Assembly (NCBI GenBank): GCA_024137785.1
Contig: JAHRHZ010000282.1
Location: 1,087,201 to 1,151,200 of the forward strand
Direction: 5' to 3'
Length of the DNA: 64,000 nucleotides
Origin: Ginglymostoma cirratum
Taxonomy: Eukaryota
Shown: positions 63,600 to 64,000 of the stretch, piece after piece
Layout: each line of letters opens with the position of its first letter
How positions within the stretch are numbered: position 1 is the stretch's first letter
Position numbers and translations under genes: made by a program
Notes under the pieces: model-generated
Seen by the model: only the letters and a program-made list of their open reading frames with translations
Database searches by the model: none
Told to the model about the DNA's origin: nothing

Positions 63600-64000
63600 C
63601 TTACATAACAGATAAGCAAGTTACTGGAAAAGCTCAGCAGGTCTGGCAGCATCTGTGGAGGGAAAAAACTGAGTTAACTTTTCGGGTCCGGTGACCCTAC
63701 CTCAGAACTGAGGATGGCGAGGGAAACGTCAGTTTACATGCAGAAAATAGGGAGGTGGGTGGGGTAGGGAGTAAACGATAGGTTCGAGCACAAAGATAAA
63801 GAAAATTGTACAGACAAAGGAGTTGCTAACGATCAGGCCAGGAAAGTGAATAGTTGTTAATGGGGACTGTTAGGGACTAGAGAGAGAGGGTGTGTAATGG
63901 CAGGCGAAGTGGCAACAAGGCTTGGTGGGGTCGGGGGCTGGGACATGGGAGAGTTGATGCCCTAAAATGGTTGAACTCAATATTGAGTCCGGAGGACTGT
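63600..64000 (-). mobile_element. 3' end of a Penelope-like retroelement (ORF C-terminus and pLTR), cut by the window edge
   Basis: From 63999 the minus strand encodes QSSGLNIEFNHFRA, matching the GLN motif that ends PLE GIY-YIG endonuclease domains. A pyrimidine-rich UTR follows, then the same short repeat that is dispersed through the window. Confidence 0.75.
63672..63709 (-). ncRNA. Minimal type I hammerhead ribozyme fold (this copy mutated in the core)
   Basis: AGUU-CUGAGGU-A-GGGUC-ACCG-GACCC-GAAA-AG-UU-AACU: perfect stem I (4 bp) and stem II (5 bp). A9 is changed to U and the helix III palindrome ACGU to AAGU. Confidence 0.65.

Overview
Eukaryotic, repeat-rich, AT-rich DNA. It is inferred to come from a cartilaginous fish (shark, nurse-shark-like) on the basis of the Ig sequence and organisation and the HE1-type SINEs. 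The only host gene I can support is an unrearranged, apparently intact IgM heavy-chain minilocus on the minus strand. Its parts are the leader (16484-16532), VH (16046-16350, 23-RSS), D1 (15596-15609, 12/22-RSS), D2 (15214-15227, 12/12-RSS), JH (14784-14831, 23-RSS), a 10.3-kb J-C intron, Cmu1 (4164-4463) and Cmu2 (203-511). The remaining C exons lie beyond the left edge. The ~47 kb upstream of VH holds no further recognisable Ig segment or host exon. It is a mosaic of decayed, often nested CR1-type LINEs, a second APE-RT LINE family, HE1/V-SINE and Deu-type SINEs, microsatellites and a tRNA-Thr-like relic. The most notable items are: (1) a dispersed family of short Penelope-like pLTR fragments carrying a minimal type I hammerhead ribozyme fold with covarying stem II, whose 5' ends cluster at the ribozyme core; (2) a second RSS-like motif overlapping a perfect octamer just upstream of D2; (3) a 45-bp tandem array in the J-C intron; (4) a very weak D1 5' nonamer. 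Repeat boundaries were estimated by eye and are approximate.
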